Assembly: GCF_000142905.1 (NCBI RefSeq)
Contig: NW_013657637.1
Span: 186,001-250,000 of the forward strand
Direction: 5' to 3'
DNA: 64,000 nucleotides
Origin: Thecamonas trahens ATCC 50062
Taxonomy: Eukaryota; Protista; Apusomonadida
In this document: piece after piece, positions 33,320-44,812 of the stretch
How the letters are laid out: each line of letters starts with the position of its first letter
Position numbering within the stretch: position 1 is the stretch's first letter
Position numbers and translations under genes: made by a program
Notes under the pieces: model-generated
What the model was told of the DNA's origin: nothing
Databases searched by the model: none
Seen by the model: only the letters and a program-made list of their open reading frames with translations

Positions 33320-34630
33320 ATGCGAACAAGTGCGTATGTGGTGGCTTTGGCTGTGGCTGTGGCCATGATGACGGGCTGGACAATGGCGACGGCGGCGAGC
33401 GCGACGACGACGACGATGCAGCGGGCCGAGGCGCCGATGCTCGTCGGGTACTCGTTCGAGATGTACATGGCGGAGCACCCGATGGCTGCGGCGCACTTTG
33501 TGAGTGAGGGCGTGGACCGCGAGGCTGTGTTTGCAAAGCGGATGGCGGTGATGGTGGCGCACAACGCGCGCTACGCCGCCGGCGAGGAGACCTGGTTCAT
33601 GGGCCCTAACCTCCACACCGCGCTCACCGACGCAGAGCGGGCTATGGTCCGCGGCCATCAGGCGGAGCTCAAGCAGTTTGCCGGCAAGCATGCCCAGGAG
33701 TACCCAGTCGAGGCCGAGGTGGTCAAGGCCCGCGCTGCCGCCGCCCCGTCGCACGTCGACTGGCGCGATCACTCACCGTCGATCGTCACTGCGGTCAAGA
33801 ACCAGGGCATGGTACGAAAGGGAGTAAGGGTGTGTGTGGCGCTGATGGGTGGGAGGAGAGAAGAGAGCAGACTCGGACTCACATGGCACCCATGGCTGCT
33901 TGCGATGACGCTGGCGGACCCATAGTGCGGTTCGTGCTGGTCGTTTGCCACCGCCGAGACGCTCGAGTCGCACTATGCGCTCGCCACCGGCAAGCTGCAG
34001 GCGCTGTCGGAGCAGCAGGTGCTCGAGACGCCGAACCCGCAGGCCTGCGGCGGAACCGGCGGGTGCGGCGGCGGTATCCCTCAGCTTGCATACGACTACA
34101 TGGTCGATGCGTGGAACGGGACACTCGGAGCCGAGTGGACCTACCCGTACGAGTCTTTCTTCGGCAAGAACTTCCCGCCGGTCTCCAACTCGTCGGCGAT
34201 GAAGGCGCCGGCGGCCAAGCTCTCGGGCTACGTCCAGCTCCCGCTCAACGACCTGGACACGCTCATCGATGCCATCGCCAACGTCGGCCCGGTCGCTATT
34301 ACCGTGGACGCCTCCAACTGGCACGACTACGCCGGCGGCGTCTTTACCGGATGCAACAAGACCGACATCCACCTGGATCATGATGTCCAGCTCATGGGCT
34401 ACGGCGACGACCCGCATCTCGGCCCGTACTGGCTCATCCGCAACTCGTGGTCACCCACCTTTGGCGAGGTCGGCTACATCCGCATCGCACGCCACTCGAC
34501 CCCGCAGTGCGCCAAGGACACCCATCCCGAGGACGGCTTTGCCTGCAAGGGCGGTAAGAAGACCATCACCGTCTGCGGCGAGTGTGGCATTCTCTCAGAC
34601 TCGTGCTACCCGATCCCGGTCGTGGCGTAA
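33320..34630 (+). CDS. Papain-family (C1A) cathepsin L-like cysteine protease; intron 33812-33925
   Basis: Signal peptide, prodomain, VDWR, KNQGM|CGSCWSF across the splice junction, LSEQQ, LDHDVQLMGYG (His), WLIRNSW (Asn). Confidence 0.95.
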
Positions 34631-34865
34631 TCCCCCCTCTCGGTAACTGGCTCCTCATATTATTGAACTCCATGTCCCAAACCTGGCGTGGCGTGTCTTT
34701 ACCTCCCCGTCGCTGCCCTGGCCAATTTAGCTCGGTTTGGCTGCCGACAACACGTGCTGACCGGTAACTACGCAGCGGATGACCCGTGGCAGCACCCGTC
34801 CCCTCACTACCACCCACCCCACCCATCCCCCCCCACCCCCTCCCCCATATCCCCTTGGTCTACAG

Positions 34866-37633
34866 GTGACACGGCTGCGGTGGGGCGATTGGTGGGCGAG
34901 GCATCAGTCAATATGCTGGTGGATGGCCGCCTGGCATTGGTGGAAGCGGCCGGGGCGGGTCATGATCGGGCGGTGGAGGCGCTGTTGGCGGCTGGGGCAG
35001 AGATCGATGGTGTGGATGCCCGTGGATGGTCGCCGTTGTTGGCTGCTGCGGCTGCTGGGCATGATGAAGTTGTCGAGCTACTCGTCGATGCAGAGGCAGA
35101 GCTGGATGTCGCCGCCAACGAGCCGGATGGCCTCACTGCCCTCGCTGCTGCTGCCGAGGCTAACGCCCTCGATGCAGCCGAGGTTCTACTGGTGTATGGC
35201 GCAGGCGCCACCGTGGCTCCCCCGGCCTGGCTCGGCCTCACTCCCATGCTTCTTGCTGCAGGTCGCGGCTATACTCGCATCGTCGACCTGTTCCTGGAGG
35301 AGAGCGCCGGCAAGACGGACGCGCTGACCACTCCTGACGGGCCGCTGGGTCCTGCTGCGCTCGCCGCCCTCGGCGGCCATGGCGAAACCCTCAACGCGCT
35401 GATCAAGGCCGGAGTTGTTCCGCCGCGTGCCGGTGTCCCGCTCATCACCGGCATGGTCATGGATCCTGACATCGAGGCGCTCTTGCTCTCCAAGTGCTCG
35501 GTTGTCATTGGCCCGCACTCTACCGATCTTGCACCTGCACTTCGCAAGCTGCTTCAGTGGCCCGACGCTTCACCTGCGCCCGCACCTGTATCTGTGCCTG
35601 TACCTGCGCCTGCGCCTGCGCCTGCTCCGGCACCGGCACCCGCCCGAAACGGACTCGACGATGACGACCTGCTGCTGCTGCAGGCGCTCGGCGGCTCGTC
35701 GGCTACGCTGGCCAATCCCGACCCTTTGCAACCACCCACTGCTGCTGATGACCGCAGCGATGACAACGGCGACGAAGAGTCGCTCGGCGGTGAGTCGGCG
35801 TTTGTGGCCGGACACGGCCACGGCTACGACCGCCCGCCGCCCAACCCCATCCCACAGCGGCTGACCTCGATGATGTCGGCCGTCTCGACCGAGACGACCG
35901 AGACGACCGAGACCGGTCGCACAGGTGCCATGCGCCGCTACTTAGACGAGCTGGACCAAGAGTACGAAGACGTGTTGGACACTGTCGGCGTCTCTCCCGC
36001 CGTCCTCGACTACGAGCACCGCGTACCTGCCGCCAAAGTCCACACCCGCGCTCTTGCTGAGCAAGAGGCCGCCGAAGCCGCGGCCAAGCGGGAGCGGGAG
36101 CAAGAGGCCGCCGAAGCCGCGGCCAAGCGGGAGCGGGAGCAAGAGCAACAAGCCGCGGCCAAGCGGAAACGCGAGCAGGCAGAAGCTGCCGCGGCCAAGC
36201 GGAAGCGTGAGCAGGCAGAAGCGGCGGCCAAGCGTAAGCGGGAGCAAGAGGCTGCCGAAGCCGCAGCCAAGCGTAAGCGGGAGCAAGAGAAGCAAGCGGC
36301 GGCCAAGCGTAAGAGGGAGCAGGCAGAAGCGGCGGCCAAGCGTAAGCGAGAACAGGCAGAAGCAGCAACTGCGGCCGCAGCAGCACGGCGTAGTCACTCG
36401 GACCAGGTCCGTCTTCGCCGCGAGGCCGAAGAACGAAAGTACCGAGAAGAGGAGCGGCTGCAGGCCCTCATCGAAGAAGATCGCCGCCGCCAGGCCGCCG
36501 CTGACGCTGCAGTCCTCACACCGCTGACGCCCACCTCACCCGTCACACCCACCTCCCCCACACCGGCTGTGGCTGCTGCCGCGGCGTCCATCGAGTCTCT
36601 CCAAGACGAGCTGAAAAAGGCTGACGCTACCATCGCGGCGCAGCAGATCAAGATCACCCGTTTGCGGACCGAGCTCGCCTCTGCCAGCGCACAGGTCCGT
36701 ATCCTCAAGGGCCGCGATGAGACCCGCAGGGCCGCCGCTGCTGGCGTCGCCCTCGCTCGTGGCGACCGCAAGCGGCAAATCGAAGACGAAATCGCTCTCC
36801 TCCGCACAGAGTACGCCGCTTTGGTTGCCGCTGACTCGCCACAAAAGCGCGCTTCGCCGTCCAAGGACCGCGCGCGTCAGCGCGAGCTCACTCGTCGCAC
36901 ACCGGCGCGCCACTCCTCACCGCCGCCCGCCGCCCGGCGTCGGGCAGCCTCAACCCGCCCTGGCCAGCGCTCCTCGCCACCTACGCGCTCGTACTACGCG
37001 CTCTACAAGCAGGCGCGCGGCCTCCCACCCACGCCGCCGTCGTCTGACGAAGGTGATTTAGTGTACGAGTACGAGTACGCGTCAGACGATGACGACTTTG
37101 ACGAGCTCGACTACAAGCCGCGGATCCGCACCCGCCCGCGCGCAATGACCAATTCACCTGCTCCATCACGTCGTCCGCACCCTTCCGCGCGGCGCAGGTC
37201 ACCGCATCGCGCTCGCCGCACCCGCAAGGTTCGCAAAGTGCCCAAGCCGTCGTACATGCGCTCGTCCCGCGACGAGGCCCGGGTCCGTGCTCTGCGCGCA
37301 GAACTCGAGGCCCGCGAGCTCGAGCCGTGCTCGTTCAAGCCGAAGCTCAACACCCATTCTCGTGCCCTTCTCGAGCGCCGCAAACGCCGCACGTCTGACA
37401 CCAGGCCCGCGTCCGGCCCAGAGCCCAAGTCCGAGCATGACGCCACCGCAGCTCCAACCCGCTTTCTCCAACCCGGATTTGTCCCCTCACCGGACCGTGA
37501 ATCACGCGCCCGCTCGCGCTCGCGCTCACGCCCGCGCCATCACCAGCCGCGGGTCGGCCCAAAGTCGGCAAAGAACCATGGTGCTGTCTCGGACTCACAC
37601 TCGGTCTCCTGCAGCCGACCTTCCCAAGCTTAA
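34866..37633 (+). CDS. Ankyrin-repeat protein with Pro-Ala linker, charged coiled-coil repeats and basic low-complexity tail (5' end unresolved)
   Basis: Ankyrin motifs GWSPLLAAAAAGHDEVVELLV and GLTPMLLAAGRGYTRIVDLFL; probable CTACAG acceptor at 34865. Confidence 0.8.
36058..36365 (+). repeat. Degenerate coding tandem repeat (EQ(E)AAEAAAKR(K/E)R, about 8 copies)
   Basis: Repeated gagcaagaggccgccgaagccgcggccaagcgg units of 33-39 bp. Confidence 0.9.
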
Positions 37634-37694
37634 CGCGTCGTCTGGCTCGCTTGAGCTCCGTAGCGTGCTCCGCCACTCCCGGCGATAGTTGCCA

Positions 37695-40600
37695 CTATCT
37701 CGTCCGGAGGGCAGGAGGTGGATCAAAGTCCGCGGGTGAGAGCGATGTGGAGCCACGGCTGGTCTTGGAAGCGCCTTCGAGGTTCGCAGAGCGACGGAGG
37801 TCGACTGTCGAGGAGGTGGCGATTGGGCCGACTCGGCTGGACTGCCTGCGGAAGAACGAGCGCTGGCGAGGACGCCCGAGGGCCGACGCCGCTGGAGTCG
37901 CCGAGGCGGCGTTTGATGTCGACGGCATGATGAGCGTGGATGAGAGCGCGAGCGAGGGCCGGGCGGAGGTCTCGGTCGTTTTGGAGGGAGTAGTAAAGAT
38001 ACGTGAGTCCGACGACCGCATCGAAGAGCCTGAAATCGACTTTCGTCGACGGGTCCGCCGTGAAATCGATCGGGAGCCCGACCGCGACATGGTTGCGTTG
38101 CGGCTCATCGAGTAAGCGGTAGGCCGCTGTGGATCACGCGCCGAGAGTGGAACCCTCGACAAAGAGAGAGTGCCGTCATAGGCGACAGAAATGGAGCGCA
38201 TGCTGGCGAGCGAGGTGGACCGCTCACGGCTACTATCACTGCCGAGTCTGGGCGAGAGGTGGAGCTGAGATGCATCACGGACGCGCCGGCGGCGGCGCTG
38301 GTTTCGAGTTGACTGCGAATTGAGACTCTGCAACTCGCCCATAACCTCGACCAGGCCAGAGAGCGAGGTCATGGACTGCTTCTTAACCTTGTGCGAACCG
38401 TGGCGGGTGGAGATGGTACGGAACGACTCGATCGACAGCCTCGGCTGCGAGGCAGACGAGGCGCGAGGCGCCCTTGGCGATGACGAGACTACGCGACGGC
38501 GAGTGGATGAGGCTGAAGGTGTGGCTGAGATGGAGCTCCGCCGCTCAGTTGGCGACCGGTGAGCGGATCGGCGGGGACTGTTCGGCACAGAAGCAAACGC
38601 CAAGGTGTCACTGGTGTTGTCGTCGCGCAACGGCGGCGCCGAGAGTGCTGGCGTGTACGCCATCTCGATGGGCTCGACATCAACCCGACGGCTCGCCAGC
38701 GCGTCCTGCAGCTGCTGCTCCTGGTGCACGGATTGCTGCCGCCAGATCTGAATGATGGCGGCAAAGAGAGCAACCGAGGTGACGATGCCGAGTCCGCCCA
38801 CAAAGTAAAGGAGCGGCGAGTGTGTGTAGACAAAGTACAGGATCTGACCGCATGAGGCAATGCCAGCGCCGTACGAGAGCCAGGCGTGAAGGGGTGCGAA
38901 TGGGTTGATGACGGCCACGGTAAGGATGCTGATGGCAAAGTTGACGAGAGCGGCAAAAAGGCGCGCGTCCGGCTGGATGACGAGGACTGATTCGGCGGCA
39001 AAGGCAAACGAGATGAGGAGCTGAAGCGAGCGGAACCAGAGGCGGCCGGCGCGCAGGCCCCGGACGAAAACGCCGTACCGTTCAAGGACAAGCGGTCCAA
39101 TGGCTGCATTGCGAGCGAGAGAGAGCGCAATGATCACGACAAAAACGGGAAGGCCGAGCGAGAAAAGGACGAGAACGGCCCAGGCGAGGAGGGCAACGGT
39201 CATGTGCTTGCCGTGGTAGCACAACTCAGTCAGCTCGATGTTAAGGCGCAGCTTACCATCGCCAGCTTTGACGCAGTGAAGGGCCTGGATGGAACGGACA
39301 GCCAGCTGGAGATAGGCAAGGGTGCCGAGGATGATGACTGCATGAACGTAGCGCGAGCGATGCCGGCGCGCGACAGCCATCTTGAGCTCGGCAGCAACCT
39401 GGATCGGCGCCGACGCAAGATGCCGCGGAGTGCCTGGCGCAAAGAGCTGGCGAAGGAGGACGGCGAGAAGAAAGAGAAAGCCTGCACCGACTATCAGCGC
39501 GAGCGTGCCAAAGTATATGGTGGAGAACGGGATGCGCGGGACCGCGCACCCCGGGCGCAGCATCTCGATCTCAAAGTTGATGATCGATGCGAGCCGGGTG
39601 AGCGCGGCGACCACCGGCGTGCCTTCTGATTCGGAGACCATCTGGAAGCCCATCCGGAGCGCCATCGAGAACTGCTGCAGTAAAACAACGGCGGCGACGA
39701 CCATGACTAGCCGCTGGGCGGAGAAAACCACGAGAGCAATGGCAACAAGCGCCATAAATGCGACAAAGGCGAGAACAACAACGGTGAGCTCGGCGTAAAT
39801 TGATGAGTCGGAGCCACAGGAGCGGCACACGCCGTTGTCGGAGTAAAACCCGGGTGCACAGGCGGCACAGAAGCGGCCGGTATAGCCAGCGGCACAGACG
39901 GCAGTGATGCGGCGGCCATTTGATGTGGCGAGCGGAAGCGCACCTGCGCCGCCGACGGCGCCGGGACAGGCGTGCGGGATGCGGCATCGGGTCGGCGGCT
40001 CGTACTCGTTGTCGGACCAGAAGCCTGGGAGTGGCCACATGCGTCGGCCGCCGGGGCAGTGGGCGCCATCAAAGTCCGAGCAGGGTCGGCAGACGGCGGC
40101 GTGGAGGACAAAGCCGACGTGAATGCACGGGCCGTTGATGTAGTCAAGGGCGCGCGGGAGGAGGAAGCGCTGCGGCGGCGCAGACGAATTAGCGCGGAGC
40201 GAGCGAACGAGAGTCACAGCATGGTAGCCGGTCTTGTTGGAAGGAAAGGCGCCAAAGATGATGCGAGATCCATCAGTGGTACGCGATACAGTGGCGATGG
40301 TGGCGATGATGGGTGCGTCGGCCGTGGGACTGAGCCACCGCTCACACTCGAGGCTGATGTCGTAGAGAGAGGCATCAAAGAAGGCGTTGGCGTCGCCGGC
40401 GGCAGACATTTCGAGAAGGATGCCGCCATTGAGTGGCGCGGCTGCCGGGTGGACCTGGAGGATGATAGACGAAGTCGATTGCGATTGTGGCATCGTCGGT
40501 GGCGATTGCGGCAGCGGTGGGTGTGATGGAGGTGGCGGCGATGGGGGCGGAGCCAGCGCTGGCTCTGGGGCGCACCCGGCTGCACTCACTTGCGGTGAGT

Positions 40601-41402
40601 AACTACCGGAAGATTGGCAAGTGAGGGTGGTCGATGAGGTGGGGACGTAGCCCGGATGGCACGAGTAGGAGATGGCGTCGCCGACAGCAGCGTTCGGGCC
40701 ACCTGTTGTGGCATCCGCAGCGACGTCTCCATTGACGAGAGCGACTTTGGGACAGACCTCGTAGAAGCCGATCTTGAGCGAAATGTCACTGGCATGCATG
40801 ATACAACAATTGCCAGATGGACAGAGACCGCCAAGCTCTTCAAAGCGGAGAACTGCGGCGGTGCCTGCGCCCCAGCGAGGCGCGTCGACCATGCGCTGCA
40901 GTACTTCGACGAGAACAGAACCAGCAAAGGAGACAGCAGAGCCACCCGAGTCAAGGATCTCGCCAAAGTCCAGAAGATCCGAGTTAAAGTTGTCGAGCGA
41001 GCCGGTCGTGGTCCACTCTGCGCCGTCAGGATGACCCGCCTTCTGGGCAGCAGTGACATCAAAGTAGCCGATGCCGAGGCCTGTGGGGGAGTGATCGAGG
41101 GAGATGCTCGAGGGAATATTGATGGCAGCATCTGCGATTAGCAGATGGCCAGTTGACGAGGTGAGCGGTGATGAGAGCGGGAAGCACGCAGCATAGCGGA
41201 AGTTGTGCTCGACGTCGAGTTCGAGATGCGGCACGCTTCCGGACAGAATGGCCCCGGATGTACGATTCATGCGGACAACACTGGTCAGGGTTCCCGAGGT
41301 GATGTACTGGGTGGCAGCTATTGACGGGTGTTGCAAGATTGTGAGGATGGCGATGATGATGGTGGTGGTGAGGGTGGTGATGAGGACTTGCTGCCTTGCC
41401 AT
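37695..41402 (-). CDS. Large receptor-like membrane protein: signal peptide, Sushi/CCP, IPT-like, Cys-rich repeats, multi-TM domain, Ser/Arg-rich tail
   Basis: Sushi CPKV..GDAISYSCHPGY..LTCQSSGSYS..C; CPGG..PLPGFW..C..GYTGRFCAACAPGFY..C; about 10 hydrophobic helices. Confidence 0.8.
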   Translation of the reverse strand: MARQQVLITTLTTTIIIAILTILQHPSIAATQYITSGTLTSVVRMNRTSGAILSGSVPHLELDVEHNFRYAACFPLSSPLTSSTGHLLIADAAINIPSSISLDHSPTGLGIGYFDVTAAQKAGHPDGAEWTTTGSLDNFNSDLLDFGEILDSGGSAVSFAGSVLVEVLQRMVDAPRWGAGTAAVLRFEELGGLCPSGNCCIMHASDISLKIGFYEVCPKVALVNGDVAADATTGGPNAAVGDAISYSCHPGYVPTSSTTLTCQSSGSYSPQVSAAGCAPEPALAPPPSPPPPSHPPLPQSPPTMPQSQSTSSIILQVHPAAAPLNGGILLEMSAAGDANAFFDASLYDISLECERWLSPTADAPIIATIATVSRTTDGSRIIFGAFPSNKTGYHAVTLVRSLRANSSAPPQRFLLPRALDYINGPCIHVGFVLHAAVCRPCSDFDGAHCPGGRRMWPLPGFWSDNEYEPPTRCRIPHACPGAVGGAGALPLATSNGRRITAVCAAGYTGRFCAACAPGFYSDNGVCRSCGSDSSIYAELTVVVLAFVAFMALVAIALVVFSAQRLVMVVAAVVLLQQFSMALRMGFQMVSESEGTPVVAALTRLASIINFEIEMLRPGCAVPRIPFSTIYFGTLALIVGAGFLFLLAVLLRQLFAPGTPRHLASAPIQVAAELKMAVARRHRSRYVHAVIILGTLAYLQLAVRSIQALHCVKAGDGKLRLNIELTELCYHGKHMTVALLAWAVLVLFSLGLPVFVVIIALSLARNAAIGPLVLERYGVFVRGLRAGRLWFRSLQLLISFAFAAESVLVIQPDARLFAALVNFAISILTVAVINPFAPLHAWLSYGAGIASCGQILYFVYTHSPLLYFVGGLGIVTSVALFAAIIQIWRQQSVHQEQQLQDALASRRVDVEPIEMAYTPALSAPPLRDDNTSDTLAFASVPNSPRRSAHRSPTERRSSISATPSASSTRRRVVSSSPRAPRASSASQPRLSIESFRTISTRHGSHKVKKQSMTSLSGLVEVMGELQSLNSQSTRNQRRRRRVRDASQLHLSPRLGSDSSRERSTSLASMRSISVAYDGTLSLSRVPLSARDPQRPTAYSMSRNATMSRSGSRSISRRTRRRKSISGSSMRSSDSRIFTTPSKTTETSARPSLALSSTLIMPSTSNAASATPAASALGRPRQRSFFRRQSSRVGPIATSSTVDLRRSANLEGASKTSRGSTSLSPADFDPPPALRTR

Positions 41403-41851
41403 TGCGTTTGGATGCCAAAGAACAGTCGTTGGTGGCGAGTGACGGGTGGAGCTAGGTGCGGCACAAGACAATCGCGACGAGCAGCGGCCGCCGTAAGGAG
41501 GATTAAGGGCAGACTAGCGGTGGTGATGACGTCGTGGAGGGCTTGTAATGCGGTGGTGTGGTGGAGGAGGCTGACGGGGGGAGGGGGCGGGGCGGGGGGG
41601 GGGCCAAGAGGCTGGTCAAGCGTGGAGAGGTAGTGCGGGCGAAACTATCGTCACTGCGCGGATGCGGCAATGTTAATTGCGTCACACCGAGACCAAAATG
41701 TGCGGATCGTCGAATTAACACGATTATGTACCGGGACAGACGCAACCCCCTCCCCCCCCCCCCTATTGGCGATGGCGAGCGGCTTCGGCGGGAGGAGGAG
41801 GGAGCTACGTCGAGCGTTGCGGAGAGTGGGAGAGTGGACAGCTTGGTGCGA

Positions 41852-43477
41852 TCAGTTGCACGAAGCTGCGGTCGAGGCTGAGCACCTGCCCGCGCATGCA
41901 GAAGCAGGAGAGGTTCCATCGAGCTCGCAGAACGAAGTGAGCTTGGTGGAGAGTGCGTCGAGTTCGTGGCGGAGGACGGGTGGCATGTCAGCAGGGGTGA
42001 TGGCGTCGATGGCGTCGAGGACCGCGGACGGCGAGGTAGAGATGGCCGACGTAGCTTGGGCACGGAGCGGGCAGTTGCGCGGAAAGGCAAGGAGGACGAG
42101 GACAAAAATGTGGGCAGGGGTGAGGGTGAACAATCCGGGATGTGACGTGCTCGAGTCGAGGCTGGTGGCTGGAAGCGCGTCGGCGGCGAGGGCAAAGATA
42201 GGGAGGTCGGCGATGGCGGACGCGAGCTCGCGGCAGTAGTCAGCAAGGGCACGGGCTCCCGGCACGGTTGGATCCGGTGGGGCGGCGGCTACGCCGAGGG
42301 CAGACCAGAGCCTGGTCTCCAGCGTGGCGGCTGAGGCAATGGCATCGTGGATAGAGCACGACGAGCTGCAGTGTTGCGAGAAGGTCGGGATGAGATCGGC
42401 GAGGTCAGCGAGGACACCGACGAGCTGCGAGCTGCTCTTGACTCGGCACAGCGACGCGAGCGGAGCGTCGCTGGACGACTTGGCAAGCACCATCCAGCCG
42501 CGCGGGCGGGCTGTGGCCGGATCGAGCGAGCATGCCATGGCAGCGGCAACAAGCGGAAGCGGGGCCCAATGCGGCGGGTGCTTGAAGCGGGCGACGTCAA
42601 GAATGAGAACCGAGTCGGAGGAGGCATGGTAGCCCCCGATAGGCGAAAAGTGACCGGTTCCGGTCTGGCCAAGCCCGCTGCGGTCGTATGCAATGACCAG
42701 CGCCGAGCCTGCCGGCTCTCGCACTGACCTGATGACATCTGCACGAAAGGCGTCTTCCGAGAACTCGTCTTCATCAGCGCGGCAGGCCGTCACCACCTCG
42801 AGCGCATTGCATTTTGCGAGGCAGGCGAACTCATCGAACGAGATGCCTTCTTCCTTGATCTTGTCGAGGGCTGGAGGGGTGAAGGGGTGAGGGTGAGGGT
42901 GAGTGAGAGGGAGGGGGAGGAGTGGGGGGTGGGGGGTGGGGGGAGGATGATGTGTGTGGTGATGGGGGGTGGGGGAAGATGATATGTGTGGTGATGGGGG
43001 TGATGATGATGATGATGATGGTCATCTTCATGATGACCATCATCACCACTACGATGACCTTCTCCATGATGGCCATCCCCACCATGACCATCTCCATGAT
43101 GCTCATCCCCACCATGACCATCTCCATGATGCTCATCCCCACCATGATCTTCTCCATGATGGCCATCCCCACCATGACCGGGGGTGATATTGATGAGGCG
43201 TACGCTTGCAGCAATCCAGCAGCTCCTCATCATACCATCGCCATACACCCTTCCACACTCTCTTGGGATCGACAGCAAGAGCATTGAGAACCATGACCAG
43301 AGTGCCCAAGCCACAGAAGGCTGGCTCAGCCTGGGTGGTGAACTGCTCCACTAAGGAGAAGAAGACCTCCATATTGCCCTCGGACAGAGCCTCAGCAAAC
43401 ATCTTCCTCCCACGGACAGACGAGAACGCCACACACGTCTCCGGCAGAGGTCGTCGGTAGAACGACGTGTCATTCAT
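41852..43477 (-). CDS. PCS: Phytochelatin synthase; intron 43203-42871
   Basis: [20 protein letters not shown] (Cys), [17 protein letters not shown]|[35 protein letters not shown] (His), [13 protein letters not shown] (Asp). The ORF extends upstream to 43720, so the start is uncertain. Confidence 0.95.
42990..43180. repeat. Intronic ~30-bp minisatellite plus (GAT)n and a 13-bp hairpin
   Basis: About 4 copies of ccatgaccatctccatgatgctcatcccca; inverted repeat gatgatggtcatc-ttcat-gatgaccatcatc at 43014-43044. Confidence 0.9.
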
Positions 43478-43839
43478 ACGTGCTGCTGATGGCTGCTCTC
43501 GATGGCTGTTGGTAGTGGGCGTTGCGTCAAGTGGTTGCTGGTGTGCCCGTGGCTGTGACCCGACACGGTCACTCGGCGCCTGTCCAACTCGTCTTGTCGC
43601 TCCATGGCCTACCTGCTGCTCAATCGGCTGCATCCTACCACGGGTCACCTTTGGATACCGACGCGGATCTGCTTCTAACGCCTTGCTCTGACATCGCTCA
43701 TCATCTCGCTTCCGGTTCACGCTGCCGATGAAATCAACAACGTGGCAGTCGCCATACGGAGGTCGCCTGGTCGCCGCCGATCTGTTTCGTCGCTAATGTG
43801 TGGATGGCTGGGTTAGGGGGAAAGAGGGAGGGAAGAGTA

Positions 43840-44812
43840 TCATTGCGCAAAGGCGTGCGAGACAAACTCACGGAGATCATCGACGCCTTGGCCGGTGAGA
43901 GCGGCGCCGGCGGTGAAACGGACGGTGTAGGGCACCGCAGCAAAGTCAAAGCGGGCGGAGGGCGGGCGAAGGGCAGCAAGGGCGGCGGCCTGAGCGGCGG
44001 CATCCGGGTCCTCGCCGTCGGTATCCTCCAGCCGCGAGGTGTGCATGTCAATGAGGGTGGAGATCTCGTCAGCGAGCGCGTTCTCCAGAGCAAGAGGCGA
44101 GCATGCCGACGGCACATCGGCCTTGTTGCAGAAGACCAGCAGCGGCGTGGCGTTGGCCACCATCGCCGGCTCCTTCATGACGGTGAACAGATGCTCGGCC
44201 GTGACGCGGAGAACCTTGGCATCAGCCGCAGCCACCGCATCGACAACAAAGACCACCGCCGCCGCAGACGATACCGCCTGGTGGAGCTTGTACCGCAGCG
44301 AGGGATGGCCTGGCAGATCAAGGACCGGCAGGGCGGCGCGGAAGGTGTACCGCCTTGCGCTCGGCGCCGCTGGGCCCGCCGTAGACTGGGCATTGAGCCA
44401 CTCGAGCGGAAGCAGGCCACGGTTCTCCTCCATAGAGGTATGGCACTTGCGAAGGGCAGAGGAGTCGCCACCAGCCACGGCGACCTGGAACAACGTTGTC
44501 TTGCCCGTCCCAGACTCGCCGAGGAGCACCACACACGAGCCACGACGACGGACCGACGAGGTTCTGAGCGAGTACGCCACCTGCCCAGCAACCACCACCA
44601 TGACAGCAGCAACCACATACGTCCGGCACAGGTCAGTCGTAGGCAGACCAGCCATTGCCAGCGGAGCATCGAGGATCCATTCTGTGGGAACCGTCCGTAA
44701 GAAGAGGTGTGAGTCCGAGGGGAGGGAGGGAGGGGTGGGGAGGGGGGGGGGGGGGGGGGCTACCGGGTGTGGCTTCAGCTACGAGCTTGGGGAGGAATAG
44801 CAGCCAGTCCAT
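43840..44812 (-). CDS. SRPRB: Signal recognition particle receptor beta subunit; intron 44763-44682
   Basis: N-terminal TM, GESGTGKT, HTSMEEN, DLPGH, VFVVDA, NKAD; exon 1 MDWLLFLPKLVAEATP splices in frame. Confidence 0.9.
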
